Source: Mycobacterium sp.
GTDB taxonomy: Bacteria > Actinomycetota > Actinomycetes > Mycobacteriales > Mycobacteriaceae
Length of the DNA: 64,000 nucleotides
NCBI GenBank assembly: GCA_036495965.1
Contig: DASXMA010000340.1
Coordinates: forward strand, 6,465 to 70,464
Reading direction: 5' to 3'
Below the pieces are notes generated by a model, which saw nothing but the letters and a program-made list of their open reading frames with translations, ran no database searches and was not told the DNA's origin. A program made the translations under genes and the position numbers. Positions 43,301 through 51,595 of this stretch are shown in pieces. Each line of letters begins with the position of its first letter. The stretch's first letter is position 1.

Positions 43301-43786
43301 CGGCGCGACCGAGACGCCCAAGCCGGCCAGCGCGTCGGCATAGGCTGCCAGCTGTAGCAACGCGGTGACCTTGGGGGAGCGGGCCAGCTTGGTGTCAATG
43401 AGCCGATATTGCTCACCGTCGGAGACCAGGAAGTCGGCGAATCCGACGAAGCGGCCGTCGAACATCGCGGCCTGATACACCACCGGAGCGCGGCTGGCGA
43501 TGGCGCGCCGGGTTGCCTCGGCGGCAGCGGTTAGCCCGGCGAGTGTGTATGCCGGACGGCCGATGACCGCGACGCCATCCCCGAACTCCTCGCGGAGTCG
43601 GTCGAGCTCGCGTTGCTCATGCCGGTGACCCAGGGCGACGGTGCGTTCGAGCAGCTCGTCCTCCACAACGACGGCGGGGCCTCGGCCCAGCTTTGCGTCG
43701 AAATCCCGCAACAGGGCGTACTCGCAGCGCGCAGCGGCGGCGAGATCCGACGCGCTGTAGACGATGCTGTTGCCAGTGACGAACAC
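40367..43786 (-). CDS. TM0106-family RecB-like nuclease / SF1 helicase fusion (Rv1251c-like)
   Basis: ADFL..IDTK..QL..Y PD-(D/E)XK nuclease; FDFE RNase H-like domain; GPPGTGKT, DEAGQ, GDPQQL, RLNVAVSRA helicase motifs. Confidence 0.9.
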   Translation of the reverse strand: MFVTGNSIVYSASDLAAAARCEYALLRDFDAKLGRGPAVVVEDELLERTVALGHRHEQRELDRLREEFGDGVAVIGRPAYTLAGLTAAAEATRRAIASRAPVVYQAAMFDGRFVGFADFLVSDGEQYRLIDTKLARSPKVTALLQLAAYADALAGLGVSVAPDAELRLGDGSVMRYRVCDLIPVYKSQRALLQRLLDDHFAAGTAVRWEDEGVRACLRCPLCEEQVRATDDLLLVAGMRVSQRDKLIDAGITTVADLAKHSGPVPDLASSTLGKLAAQAKLQVLQRDTGVPKFEIADPQPLALLPAPDPGDLFFDFEGDPLWTANGRDWGLEYLFGVLEAGPAGSFRPLWAHNRVDERKALADFLTMVAKRRKRHPNMHIYHYAPYEKTALLRLSGRYGVGEDEVDELLRSGTLVDLYPLVRKSIRVGTESFGLKALEPLYMGVQLRSGDVTTAADSITSYARYCELQDTGRADEAATVLKEIEDYNHYDCRSTQELRNWLLVRAWESGVTPIGAQPVRDGNAVEDHDQLAVALSTFAGDAPVGDRTADQTAVALLAAARGYHRREDKPFWWAHFDRLNFPVDEWADNTDVFVADHASVSIDWHMPPRARKQQRRVQLRGELARGDLMTNVFALYDAPAPPGMTDNPDRRAAGRAEVIAADDPAVPTEVVIVERVGSDGNTFHQLPFALTPGPPVPTTALRESIESTAAAVAAGLPQLPHTAMTDILLRRPPRTRSGATLPRSTDTVADITAAAQDLDSSYLAVHGPPGTGKTYTAAHVIKRLVTRRSWRIGVVAQSHAAVENLLDAVIDAGLEPSRVAKKRYDHHAPRWQEIDSSEYAAFIANTSGCVIGGTAWDFANPNRVSHGSLDLLVIDEAGQFCLANTIAVAPAAANLLLLGDPQQLPQVSQGTHPEPVDTSALDWLVDGQRTLPDERGYFLDRSYRMHPAVCAAVSALSYEGRLHSHATRTAARHLVGCQPGVHVLPVRHQGNSIESPEEADAILAEIQRLLGAAWTDENGTRPLAASDVLVLAPYNAQVALMRRRLTSAGLATVRVGTVDKFQGGQAPVVFMSMTASSVDEVPRGISFLLNRNRLNVAVSRAQYAAVIVRSELLTEYLPTTPTGLIDLGAFLALTEPIRDR

Positions 43787-43831
43787 AGCAGCAACTGTAG
43801 GTGAGGCGTCCGACAGTCCGGCCGTGCCCGC

Positions 43832-44428
43832 TTAGCGGCCGGCGGTGTTGCCGATGAGCTCGACCGCGTTGCCGTTCCAGTGGAACCGCACATCGGTGTT
43901 CAAGCCGTTGATGCCGCCGGGGTAGGTCAACGCAATCGTGTCGCCGGTGGTTTGCGCGGCGTCGATGCCGTTGAAACCGTAAGTGTCGGGCACTCCCTGC
44001 GGGATGAACTGGCCGAGATGGAACAGGACCGCGCGGGTGGTGGGGTTGACGGCGTTGGTGTTGGCCTTGATGATCACCGCCGACAGCTGGGCGCATTGGT
44101 TGTAGTTACCGGCCAGCGGCTCCGGGTTCCAGGGCTGCGCACTGCGCGGGTCGCGAGGCAGCTCGGAGACCACTTTCGCGATGGTGGATGACGCCAGATT
44201 GACCGCGCACGGGTCGGCTGGCGCGGTGCTGCTGGGCATGGCAGCCGCGCCGGACGACTGGCCGGGTGCGGCGGAGATTGCGGTCGAAGTGGCCGTCGTC
44301 GCCTGTGGGGTCTTTGCGACCGTCGAGTCTCCCGAACCGCAGCCGGTCACCGTTGCGCCGATCAACACCGCGACGGACAGGGCACACAGTGGCTCGGCAC
44401 GGCACGCTTGCGACCACACATCGCGCAC
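43832..44428 (-). CDS. lprE: LppP/LprE family lipoprotein
   Basis: Lipobox VTGC; GNYNQCAQLSAV, FHLG, VRFHW; syntenic position. Confidence 0.82.
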   Translation of the reverse strand: MRDVWSQACRAEPLCALSVAVLIGATVTGCGSGDSTVAKTPQATTATSTAISAAPGQSSGAAAMPSSTAPADPCAVNLASSTIAKVVSELPRDPRSAQPWNPEPLAGNYNQCAQLSAVIIKANTNAVNPTTRAVLFHLGQFIPQGVPDTYGFNGIDAAQTTGDTIALTYPGGINGLNTDVRFHWNGNAVELIGNTAGR

Positions 44429-44522
44429 GGTACCGCTATCCGGCTCGCGGGTGTGGCAGGCATGCCGCGCCCGCCGCGCTCAGCTCCGCTGAGCTCGCGA
44501 TCACCACTAGACTCCATGGACG

Positions 44523-46241
44523 ATGACCCTCCCTGACAGCTCTCCTGAGGCTGTTTCTACGACGTTTGCCGAGCTGCAGATTCATCCCGCAGTCTTGCGG
44601 GCGATCGCCGACGTCGGCTATGAGTCACCGACCGCTATCCAGGCGGCGACGATTCCGCCCCTGATGGCGGGTTCCGACGTGGTGGGACTGGCGCAGACCG
44701 GTACTGGCAAGACGGCCGCGTTCGCGATCCCGATCCTGTCCAAGATCGATGTCACCAGCAACGCGACCCAGGCCCTGGTGCTGGCGCCCACTCGGGAGCT
44801 GGCGCTGCAGGTGGCCGAAGCGTTCAGCCGCTACGGGGCTCATCTGTCCAAGATCAACGTGTTGTCGATCTACGGCGGGTCGTCGTACAGCGTGCAACTG
44901 GCCGGACTCAGACGCGGGGCGCAGGTGGTGGTCGGCACCCCCGGTCGGATCATCGACCATCTCGAGCGCGGCACGCTCGACCTGTCGCGAGTGGACTACC
45001 TGGTGCTTGACGAGGCCGACGAGATGCTCACCATGGGCTTCGCCGAGGACGTCGAGCGCATCCTGTCCGAAACCCCGGAATACAAACAGGTCGCGCTGTT
45101 CTCGGCGACCATGCCGCCGCCGATCCGCAAGCTCACCGCCAAGTACCTCCACGATCCGCTCGAAGTCACCACAAAAGCGAAAACCACGACAGCCGAGAAC
45201 ATTTCGCAGCACTACATCCAGGTTGCCGGGCCGCGCAAAATGGACGCACTCACCCGCGTCCTCGAGGTGGAGCCGTTCGAGGCGATGATCGTCTTCGTGC
45301 GCACCAAACAGGCGACCGAGGAGGTCGCCGAAAAGCTGCGTGCCCGAGGGTTTTCCGCGGCCGCAATCAACGGCGATATCCCACAGGCGCAGCGTGAGCG
45401 GACCATAGCCGCGCTGAGAGACGGCGGTATCGACATCCTGGTCGCCACCGATGTGGCCGCGCGCGGGCTGGACGTGGAGCGGATATCGCATGTGCTCAAT
45501 TACGACATCCCACATGACACCGAGTCCTACGTACACCGCATCGGACGCACCGGCAGGGCCGGGCGTTCGGGAACCGCGCTGTTGTTCGTCGCCCCGCGGG
45601 AGCGCCACCTGCTGAAGGCGATCGAAAAGGCAACGCGGCAAACGCTCACCGAGGCCGAGTTGCCGACCGTCGAGGACGTCAATGCGCAGCGCGTAGCGAA
45701 CTTCGCCGATTCCATCACCCGAGCGCTCGGCGGTCCGGGAACCGAACTGTTCCGGAAGCTGGTCGAGGACTACGAACGCGAGCATGATGTCCCGATGGCT
45801 GACATTGCCGCGGCGCTGGCGTTGCAGTCTCGCGACGGCGAGGAGTTCCTGATGGCGCCCGAACCGCCGCCCGAGCGGCGCCGCGGCGACGAGCATCGGG
45901 ATCGCCGCGAGAAGTCAAGGCACACAAGGACCTTCACCACCTACCGCATTTCCGTGGGCAAGCGACAGAAGATCGGTCCGGGCGCGATCGTGGGTGCCAT
46001 TGCCAACGAGGGCGGTCTGCATCGCAGCGATTTCAGCCACATCGCGATCGGGCCGGATTTCTCGCTGGTAGAGCTGCCGGCCAAACTGCCCCGCGCGACA
46101 CTCAAAAAGCTTGAGCGCACACGCATCTCGGGCGTGCTTATCGATCTTCGGCCGGACCGTTCATGTGACAAGCCCCCCGAAAAAGCCCGCCGCAGTGCTC
46201 AATCGGGGGGCGGCAAACCACGCAGAAATCGTGCCGGATGA
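44523..46241 (+). CDS. deaD: Cold-shock DEAD-box RNA helicase
   Basis: AQTGTGKT, PTRELA, DEAD, SAT, HRIGRTGR motifs, DbpA-like tail. Confidence 0.94.
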   Translation: MTLPDSSPEAVSTTFAELQIHPAVLRAIADVGYESPTAIQAATIPPLMAGSDVVGLAQTGTGKTAAFAIPILSKIDVTSNATQALVLAPTRELALQVAEAFSRYGAHLSKINVLSIYGGSSYSVQLAGLRRGAQVVVGTPGRIIDHLERGTLDLSRVDYLVLDEADEMLTMGFAEDVERILSETPEYKQVALFSATMPPPIRKLTAKYLHDPLEVTTKAKTTTAENISQHYIQVAGPRKMDALTRVLEVEPFEAMIVFVRTKQATEEVAEKLRARGFSAAAINGDIPQAQRERTIAALRDGGIDILVATDVAARGLDVERISHVLNYDIPHDTESYVHRIGRTGRAGRSGTALLFVAPRERHLLKAIEKATRQTLTEAELPTVEDVNAQRVANFADSITRALGGPGTELFRKLVEDYEREHDVPMADIAAALALQSRDGEEFLMAPEPPPERRRGDEHRDRREKSRHTRTFTTYRISVGKRQKIGPGAIVGAIANEGGLHRSDFSHIAIGPDFSLVELPAKLPRATLKKLERTRISGVLIDLRPDRSCDKPPEKARRSAQSGGGKPRRNRAG

Positions 46242-47377
46242 CCCTGTCCGAGGAAAGAGACGCCCAGGGGGGACTCGAGCAGGTATCTCACGTGGACCGG
46301 GTCGCGTCGCTGACCGGCATCCGCGCCGTCGCCGCAATCCTGGTCGTCGGCACCCACGCCGCTTACACCACCGGCAAATACACCCACGGCTATTGGGGCC
46401 TGGTCGGTTCCCGGATGGAGATCGGTGTTCCGATCTTTTTCGTGCTGTCCGGCTTCCTGCTGTTCCGCCCATGGGTGAAATCAGCCGCGACCGGTGGCCC
46501 CCCACCTTCGCTGAGTCGCTATGCGTGGCACCGGGTTCGGCGCATCATGCCTGCGTACGTCATTACCGTCCTGTTTGCCTACGTTGTGTACCACTTCCGC
46601 GAGGTGGGACCTAACCCCGGACATTCGTGGACGGGGCTGGTGCGCAATCTCACGCTGACGCAGATCTACGCGCGAGGCTATCTCGGCAAGTATCTGCATC
46701 AGGGCCTGACCCAGATGTGGAGCCTGGCAGTAGAGGCGGCCTTTTACGTGGTGCTACCGCTGCTGGCATATGTGCTGCTGGTGTTGATCTGTGGACGGCG
46801 CTGGCGGCCGAAGCTGGTAGTCGGCGCCCTGGCGGCAATGGCGATGATCAGCCCGGCATGGCTGGTCCTGGTACACACCGATCACTGGTTTCCCGACGGC
46901 GCCCGACTGTGGCTACCCACTTATCTGGCCTGGTTCCTCGGCGGCATGATGCTGACGGTGCTGCAGCGGATGGGCGTGCGATGCTACGCGTTCATGGCGA
47001 TACCGCTGGCAATCATCTGCTACTTCATCGTCTCCACTCCGATCGCAGGAGCGCCCACCACGTCGCCGACTTCGCTGGGGGAGGCGCTGTACAAGACGTG
47101 CTTCTACGCCGTGATCGCCGTGTTGGCGGTGGCACCGCTGGCCTTGGGTGACCAGGGGTCGTATTCGCGGCTGCTGGCCAGCCGGCCAATGGTGTGGTTG
47201 GGCGAGATCTCCTACGAGATCTTCCTGATCCACCTGGTGACCATGGAGTTCACGATGGACTATGTCGTGCGCGCCCACGTTTACACCGGCTCGATGCTGT
47301 ATCTGTACATCGCGACGCTGGTCGTGACGATCCCATTGGCCTGGCTGCTGCAACGTTTCACCCGCGTGCGGGACTGA
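46238..47377 (+). CDS. Acyltransferase-3 family membrane protein (Rv1254-like)
   Basis: LTGIRAVA, FFVLSGFL, RIMPAY, WSLAVE..FY, GEISYEIFLIH. Confidence 0.9.
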   Translation: MTLSEERDAQGGLEQVSHVDRVASLTGIRAVAAILVVGTHAAYTTGKYTHGYWGLVGSRMEIGVPIFFVLSGFLLFRPWVKSAATGGPPPSLSRYAWHRVRRIMPAYVITVLFAYVVYHFREVGPNPGHSWTGLVRNLTLTQIYARGYLGKYLHQGLTQMWSLAVEAAFYVVLPLLAYVLLVLICGRRWRPKLVVGALAAMAMISPAWLVLVHTDHWFPDGARLWLPTYLAWFLGGMMLTVLQRMGVRCYAFMAIPLAIICYFIVSTPIAGAPTTSPTSLGEALYKTCFYAVIAVLAVAPLALGDQGSYSRLLASRPMVWLGEISYEIFLIHLVTMEFTMDYVVRAHVYTGSMLYLYIATLVVTIPLAWLLQRFTRVRD

Positions 47378-47433
47378 CTGGGCGCTGCCAGCTGACGCCT
47401 GGCCGGCGGCGCCGGCGCCGTGACTACCGGTTG

Positions 47434-47979
47434 TTATGTGGCCACGGGTTTCGGGAGGTCCTCCCGCAGCGGCGCCAGCGGAGCCATCCCAGCCCAGGCG
47501 GACGAGGCGCCGGCGTGATAGTTGGCCATCGCGGTCACGTCCTGGGCCCACATCTCCTCGTAGTGGGATTCCGTGGCCGAGATCGCCGGGGTGTTAAGCC
47601 CCAAAATGTTCGTGTTCGCCAGCGTTCCCAACAGAACCCGATTGGCCGCGATCACCGGAGTGGGCACGGTGGCGGCGTGCGCCGACTCGAAAGCGGCTGC
47701 CACCGCTGCTGCCTGGGCGGCGGCCTGCTCGGTGTGGCCGGCCGCCGCGCTGAGCCACGCGGTATACGGCGCGGCCGCGTCCGCCATCGCCGCTGCTGCA
47801 GGTCCCTGCCACGTCCCACCCGACAAGTTCGAGGTCACCGAGCCAAACGCGTCCGCCGCCGCCCGCAATTCGCCGGCCAACCCACTCCAAGCCGATGAGG
47901 CTGCGAGCATGGGCGCCGACCCGGCACCGGCTTCCATCAGTGCCGAATTAACTTCGGGGGGCAAACAGGGGTAAGTCAT
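47434..47979 (-). CDS. PPE family protein, N-terminal domain only
   Basis: LPPEVNS, GAGSAPM, WQG motif, N.LGLNTPAI..E..YEEMWAQD; AGGAAGG RBS. Confidence 0.92.
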   Translation of the reverse strand: MTYPCLPPEVNSALMEAGAGSAPMLAASSAWSGLAGELRAAADAFGSVTSNLSGGTWQGPAAAAMADAAAPYTAWLSAAAGHTEQAAAQAAAVAAAFESAHAATVPTPVIAANRVLLGTLANTNILGLNTPAISATESHYEEMWAQDVTAMANYHAGASSAWAGMAPLAPLREDLPKPVAT

Positions 47980-48000
47980 TACCCGTCCTTCCTGAGCGCG

Positions 48001-48243
48001 CTAGCTCATTTGCTCGTTGGGAGTAGCCGCGTAGTGCCGGCGTCGATGGCGACAAGTCCCCTGAAGCCGGGGCACCCGCGCAGCGAGTCGTTGTGTGCGC
48101 ACCGCTAACACCCCCACTTCACCTCCGGGTCTGGTCCCCACCGATCGCTCTGCGGCGCTCAATTGCCCATAACATAGCGTTGACCCGTTGCCCAAGAAAG
48201 CAATTTGGACGAAAAGACCATAGCTGACATGCGACATTTGCAC
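48001..48243 (-). pseudogene. Possible decayed PE gene upstream of the PPE
   Basis: Weak PE-like fragments GNGSTL, EVGVL, YAAT; stop codon lies 21 nt before the PPE start. Confidence 0.25.
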
Positions 48244-48274
48244 CGCTACGCGCTCTTGGGTGGGTGGATGACAG

Positions 48275-48856
48275 CTAGCGACGGGCGCTGACCGGCGTGA
48301 CGATCGGGACGACGAACTCCTCGATCATCGCCCGTTCGTCGGCTTCATCCTGGCCCGGATACGTCAGCAGCGATGTGATCACTCGCACCACCCAACGAGC
48401 CCGGCGTTCGACGATGGCGGGCTCTTCGGGACCGAGCGAGCTGACGAAAGCGGCGGCCAAGGCGGTAATCACCTCGGACTTTTCGGCCAGCTCGCCGCCG
48501 ATCGGAGGGCGGGTAATGGCGAACCACGACGCCAAGGCCGCGCTGTCGCGAACCATCCGCAACGTGGCGGTGATGCTCGCGATCAGTCGTTCGCGCGGAT
48601 CGTCGATACCGTCGATCTCCTCCTTGATCGCGCGGCTGAGCCGGCGCGTCTCACGGTGCACGTACGCGGTTCGCAGCGCCTCACGGTTCTCGAAGTACCG
48701 GTATAGCGTCGCACGGGAACATCCTGCGGCCCTGGCGATTTCGTTCATGCCGATCGATGCCTGGTCGCGTAGCGTGTAAAGCTCCTCGGCGGCGTTGAGT
48801 ATCCGGTCTACGGCTGCTTCGCTGCGGTGCGAGGCCAGCCAGTCGTTACCGGGCAT
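48275..48856 (-). CDS. TetR family regulator (Rv1255c-like)
   Basis: IARAAGCSRATLYRYF HTH; ATG overlaps cyp130 stop. Confidence 0.9.
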   Translation of the reverse strand: MPGNDWLASHRSEAAVDRILNAAEELYTLRDQASIGMNEIARAAGCSRATLYRYFENREALRTAYVHRETRRLSRAIKEEIDGIDDPRERLIASITATLRMVRDSAALASWFAITRPPIGGELAEKSEVITALAAAFVSSLGPEEPAIVERRARWVVRVITSLLTYPGQDEADERAMIEEFVVPIVTPVSARR

Positions 48857-50097
48857 CAGGATTTCACTGTGAACGGCACCGACAACGGACGCCGGACGTA
48901 ACTTCCTCCCGCCCAGACGATTGCGGACTCGTCCACCTCGAAATCCGGGCAACGGGCCAGCAGTTCGGACAGTGCGACCCGGGATTGCATCCGGGCCGCG
49001 GCCGCGCCCAGGCAGTGGTGCGCTCCGTGACTGAAGGTCAGGATGTTACGTGGGCAGCGTGTCACGTCCAGCTCGCCGGCATCCGCGCCGTACTGGCGCT
49101 CGTCGCGGTTGGCCGACCCGTACAGCAGCAGCACTCTGCGGCCGGCCGGGATTGTGGTGTCGCCGATCGTGACATCGCGGGTGGCCGTGCGCGCCAGCCC
49201 CTGCGCGGGCGAGGTCAGCCGCAGCAGTTCCTCAACCGCGTCGGGGATCCGCTCGGGGTTGTCCACCAACAGCTCTCGCTGATCCGGCCGCTGGTGCAGT
49301 ATCGGCATCGACCCACCCAGCATCCCGGTCACGGTGTCGTTGCCGCCGGTGACCATGGTGAATGTGAAGGCCAGAATCGACAGCGCGCCGGAGATGTCGC
49401 CATCGGCTCCGACGCCGGCGGCGACCAGGTGGGAGATCGTGTCGTCCTCGGGTTGTGTCCGTCGCCGCTCAATAAGCTCGGTGAAGTAGGCCATCATCGA
49501 CCCCACCGCATCGCCGACGGTTTCCAGCGCGCCGGCGACGCCGCCTTCGGCGGTGTTGGCCGCGACGATGGCCTGGGTCCAGCCATCGAATTGTGTCCGA
49601 TCGTCTTCGGGCACACCGAGATAGTGCGCGACCACCTTCGACGGCAGCGGCTTGAACAGCTCGGTGACGATGTCGCCGCCGCCGTTGGCACGCAGCCTCT
49701 CGATGCGCTCGACGACGAACTCGCGTACCTTGGGCTCCACCGCCTCGACCTGCCGCGGAGTGAAACCGCGCGACACCAGTTTGCGAAACTCGGTGTGCAC
49801 CGGCGGATCCTGCATAACGAACGGCGGATTATCCTGCAGTCCAATCATTTCCAGGTCGCCATAGTTGACGGTCAATCCCTGCGCCGAGGAGAACGTCTCG
49901 TGGTCGCCAGCCGCCGCCCAGACGTCGGCGTGCCGGGACAGCACGTAGTAGTCGTCTTCAGGGTGTTTCGGAGGAACGACGTGGTGTACCGGGTCGTGGT
50001 CACGCAGCGCGCGGTACATCGGCCAGGGATTCGACCAGGTGTCGGCGGTGGCGAGCTGGAACCTGACTGGTGCGTTGTGAGACATAACCGCAGTCAT
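48856..50097 (-). CDS. cyp130: Cytochrome P450 130
   Basis: GGNDT I-helix, EELLR, FSHGAHHCLG heme motif. Confidence 0.92.
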   Translation of the reverse strand: MTAVMSHNAPVRFQLATADTWSNPWPMYRALRDHDPVHHVVPPKHPEDDYYVLSRHADVWAAAGDHETFSSAQGLTVNYGDLEMIGLQDNPPFVMQDPPVHTEFRKLVSRGFTPRQVEAVEPKVREFVVERIERLRANGGGDIVTELFKPLPSKVVAHYLGVPEDDRTQFDGWTQAIVAANTAEGGVAGALETVGDAVGSMMAYFTELIERRRTQPEDDTISHLVAAGVGADGDISGALSILAFTFTMVTGGNDTVTGMLGGSMPILHQRPDQRELLVDNPERIPDAVEELLRLTSPAQGLARTATRDVTIGDTTIPAGRRVLLLYGSANRDERQYGADAGELDVTRCPRNILTFSHGAHHCLGAAAARMQSRVALSELLARCPDFEVDESAIVWAGGSYVRRPLSVPFTVKS

Positions 50098-50103
50098 GTC
50101 TCA
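50078..50103. promoter_or_regulatory. Palindromic operator at the cyp130 start (likely bound by the adjacent TetR)
   Basis: TGAGACAT-N10-ATGTCTCA perfect inverted repeat. Confidence 0.65.
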
Positions 50104-50143
50104 TTCGTACGACAACTGGCAGAATACGTCAACCATCATGAGC

Positions 50144-50203
50144 GCCGAGCGTGCGGCTGGCTTCACGTCCGTGGCCGAGCGTGCGGCCAGCTTCACGTTC
50201 GAG
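50144..50203. repeat. Tandem pair of 30-bp REP-like palindromic units
   Basis: GCCGAGCGTGCGGCTGGCTTCACGTCCG and GCCGAGCGTGCGGCCAGCTTCACGTTCG, period 30. Confidence 0.75.
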
Positions 50204-50218
50204 CAAAGCCCGCAGGAG

Positions 50219-51586
50219 CTAGATCGCTGCGCCGGGGTTCAGGATGCCCTGCGGGTCCAATGCCTGCTTGATGCGGCGGTTCAGATCCATCGCTTCGGGT
50301 CCGAGGTAGCCGTCCAGCCAGGGTCGCTTCAACCGGCCGACGCCATGCTCACCGGTAATGGTGCCGCCGAGACCGACGGCCAGGTCCATGATTTCGCCGA
50401 ACGCGACATGGGCGCGCTCCGTCATCGCGGTGTCGGCGGGGTCGTACACGATCAGTGGATGGGTGTTGCCGTCGCCGGCGTGCGCGATCACCGAGATCAT
50501 CAGGTCGCACTCGGCGGCGATGCGTGCGATCCCGGTGACCAGTTGGCCCAGCGCCGGAAGCGGCACGCCGACATCTTCGAGCAAGAGTGATCCCTTGGCT
50601 TCCACTGCCGGGATGCAGAATCGGCGGGCGGCGATGAATGCCTCGCCCTCGTCGGGATCATTGGTCGAAAACACTTCTGTCGCATCATTTTCGGCGAATA
50701 TCGCAGCCATCAGTTCGGCGTCCTCGGATCCGGCCCGGCCGCGCTCGTCAGAACCGGCCACCAGCATGGCTGCGGCGCCGCGGTCCAAGTCCATGCGCAT
50801 GGTGTCCTCGACGGCGTTGATCGCCACCGAATCCATGAATTCCAGCATCGCCGGTCGCAACCGCGCGGCGACCCCAAGCACCGCGTCGACCGCCGAGGAG
50901 ACCGAGGCGAACGTGGCCACCACAACACTTGAGGTGTTTTGTGCGGGCAGCAGCCGCAGCGTCACTTCCGTGATGACGCCCAGCGTGCCCTCGCTGCCCA
51001 CGAACAGCTTTGTCAGGCTCAGGCCGGCGACGTCCTTGAGCCGGGGGCCGCCCAACCGGACCGCGGTCCCGTCGGCCAGCACCACCTGCATGCCCAGCAC
51101 ATAGTCGGTGGTCACGCCGTATTTCACGCAGCACAACCCGCCCGCGTTGGTGGCGATATTGCCTCCGATGCTGCAGATTTCGAACGACGACGGATCGGGC
51201 GGGTACCACAGTCCGTGTTCGGCGGCGGCCTTCTTCACTTCCGCGTTGAACAGCCCGGGCTGACATACCGCGGTGCGGGTGATCGGATCGACGGTGATGT
51301 GGCGCATCTTCTCCGTCGACAGCACGATCCCGTTGTCCACCGCGGTCGCCCCGCCAGACAGGCCGCTGCCGGCTCCCCGGGGCACCACCGGCACCCGGTT
51401 GGCCGTGGCCCAGCGCAGCACCGTCTGGACGTCTTCGGTGCTCCGCGGCCGGACGACGGCCAGCGGTTTGCCGGCCGACGGGTCGAAAGCGCGGTCTTGG
51501 CGGTACCCCTCGGTAATGGCGGGGTCGGTGACGACAGTCCCGTCGGGCAGGCCGGCGATCAGGCCGGCCAACGCATCCGAGTTCAC
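50219..51586 (-). CDS. FAD-linked oxidoreductase, GlcD-like (Rv1257c-like)
   Basis: PRGAGSGLSGG, GSEGTLG, HAGDGNTH, GEHGVG, DPQGILNPG. Confidence 0.92.
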   Translation of the reverse strand: MNSDALAGLIAGLPDGTVVTDPAITEGYRQDRAFDPSAGKPLAVVRPRSTEDVQTVLRWATANRVPVVPRGAGSGLSGGATAVDNGIVLSTEKMRHITVDPITRTAVCQPGLFNAEVKKAAAEHGLWYPPDPSSFEICSIGGNIATNAGGLCCVKYGVTTDYVLGMQVVLADGTAVRLGGPRLKDVAGLSLTKLFVGSEGTLGVITEVTLRLLPAQNTSSVVVATFASVSSAVDAVLGVAARLRPAMLEFMDSVAINAVEDTMRMDLDRGAAAMLVAGSDERGRAGSEDAELMAAIFAENDATEVFSTNDPDEGEAFIAARRFCIPAVEAKGSLLLEDVGVPLPALGQLVTGIARIAAECDLMISVIAHAGDGNTHPLIVYDPADTAMTERAHVAFGEIMDLAVGLGGTITGEHGVGRLKRPWLDGYLGPEAMDLNRRIKQALDPQGILNPGAAI

Positions 51587-51595
51587 GGCCCGATC

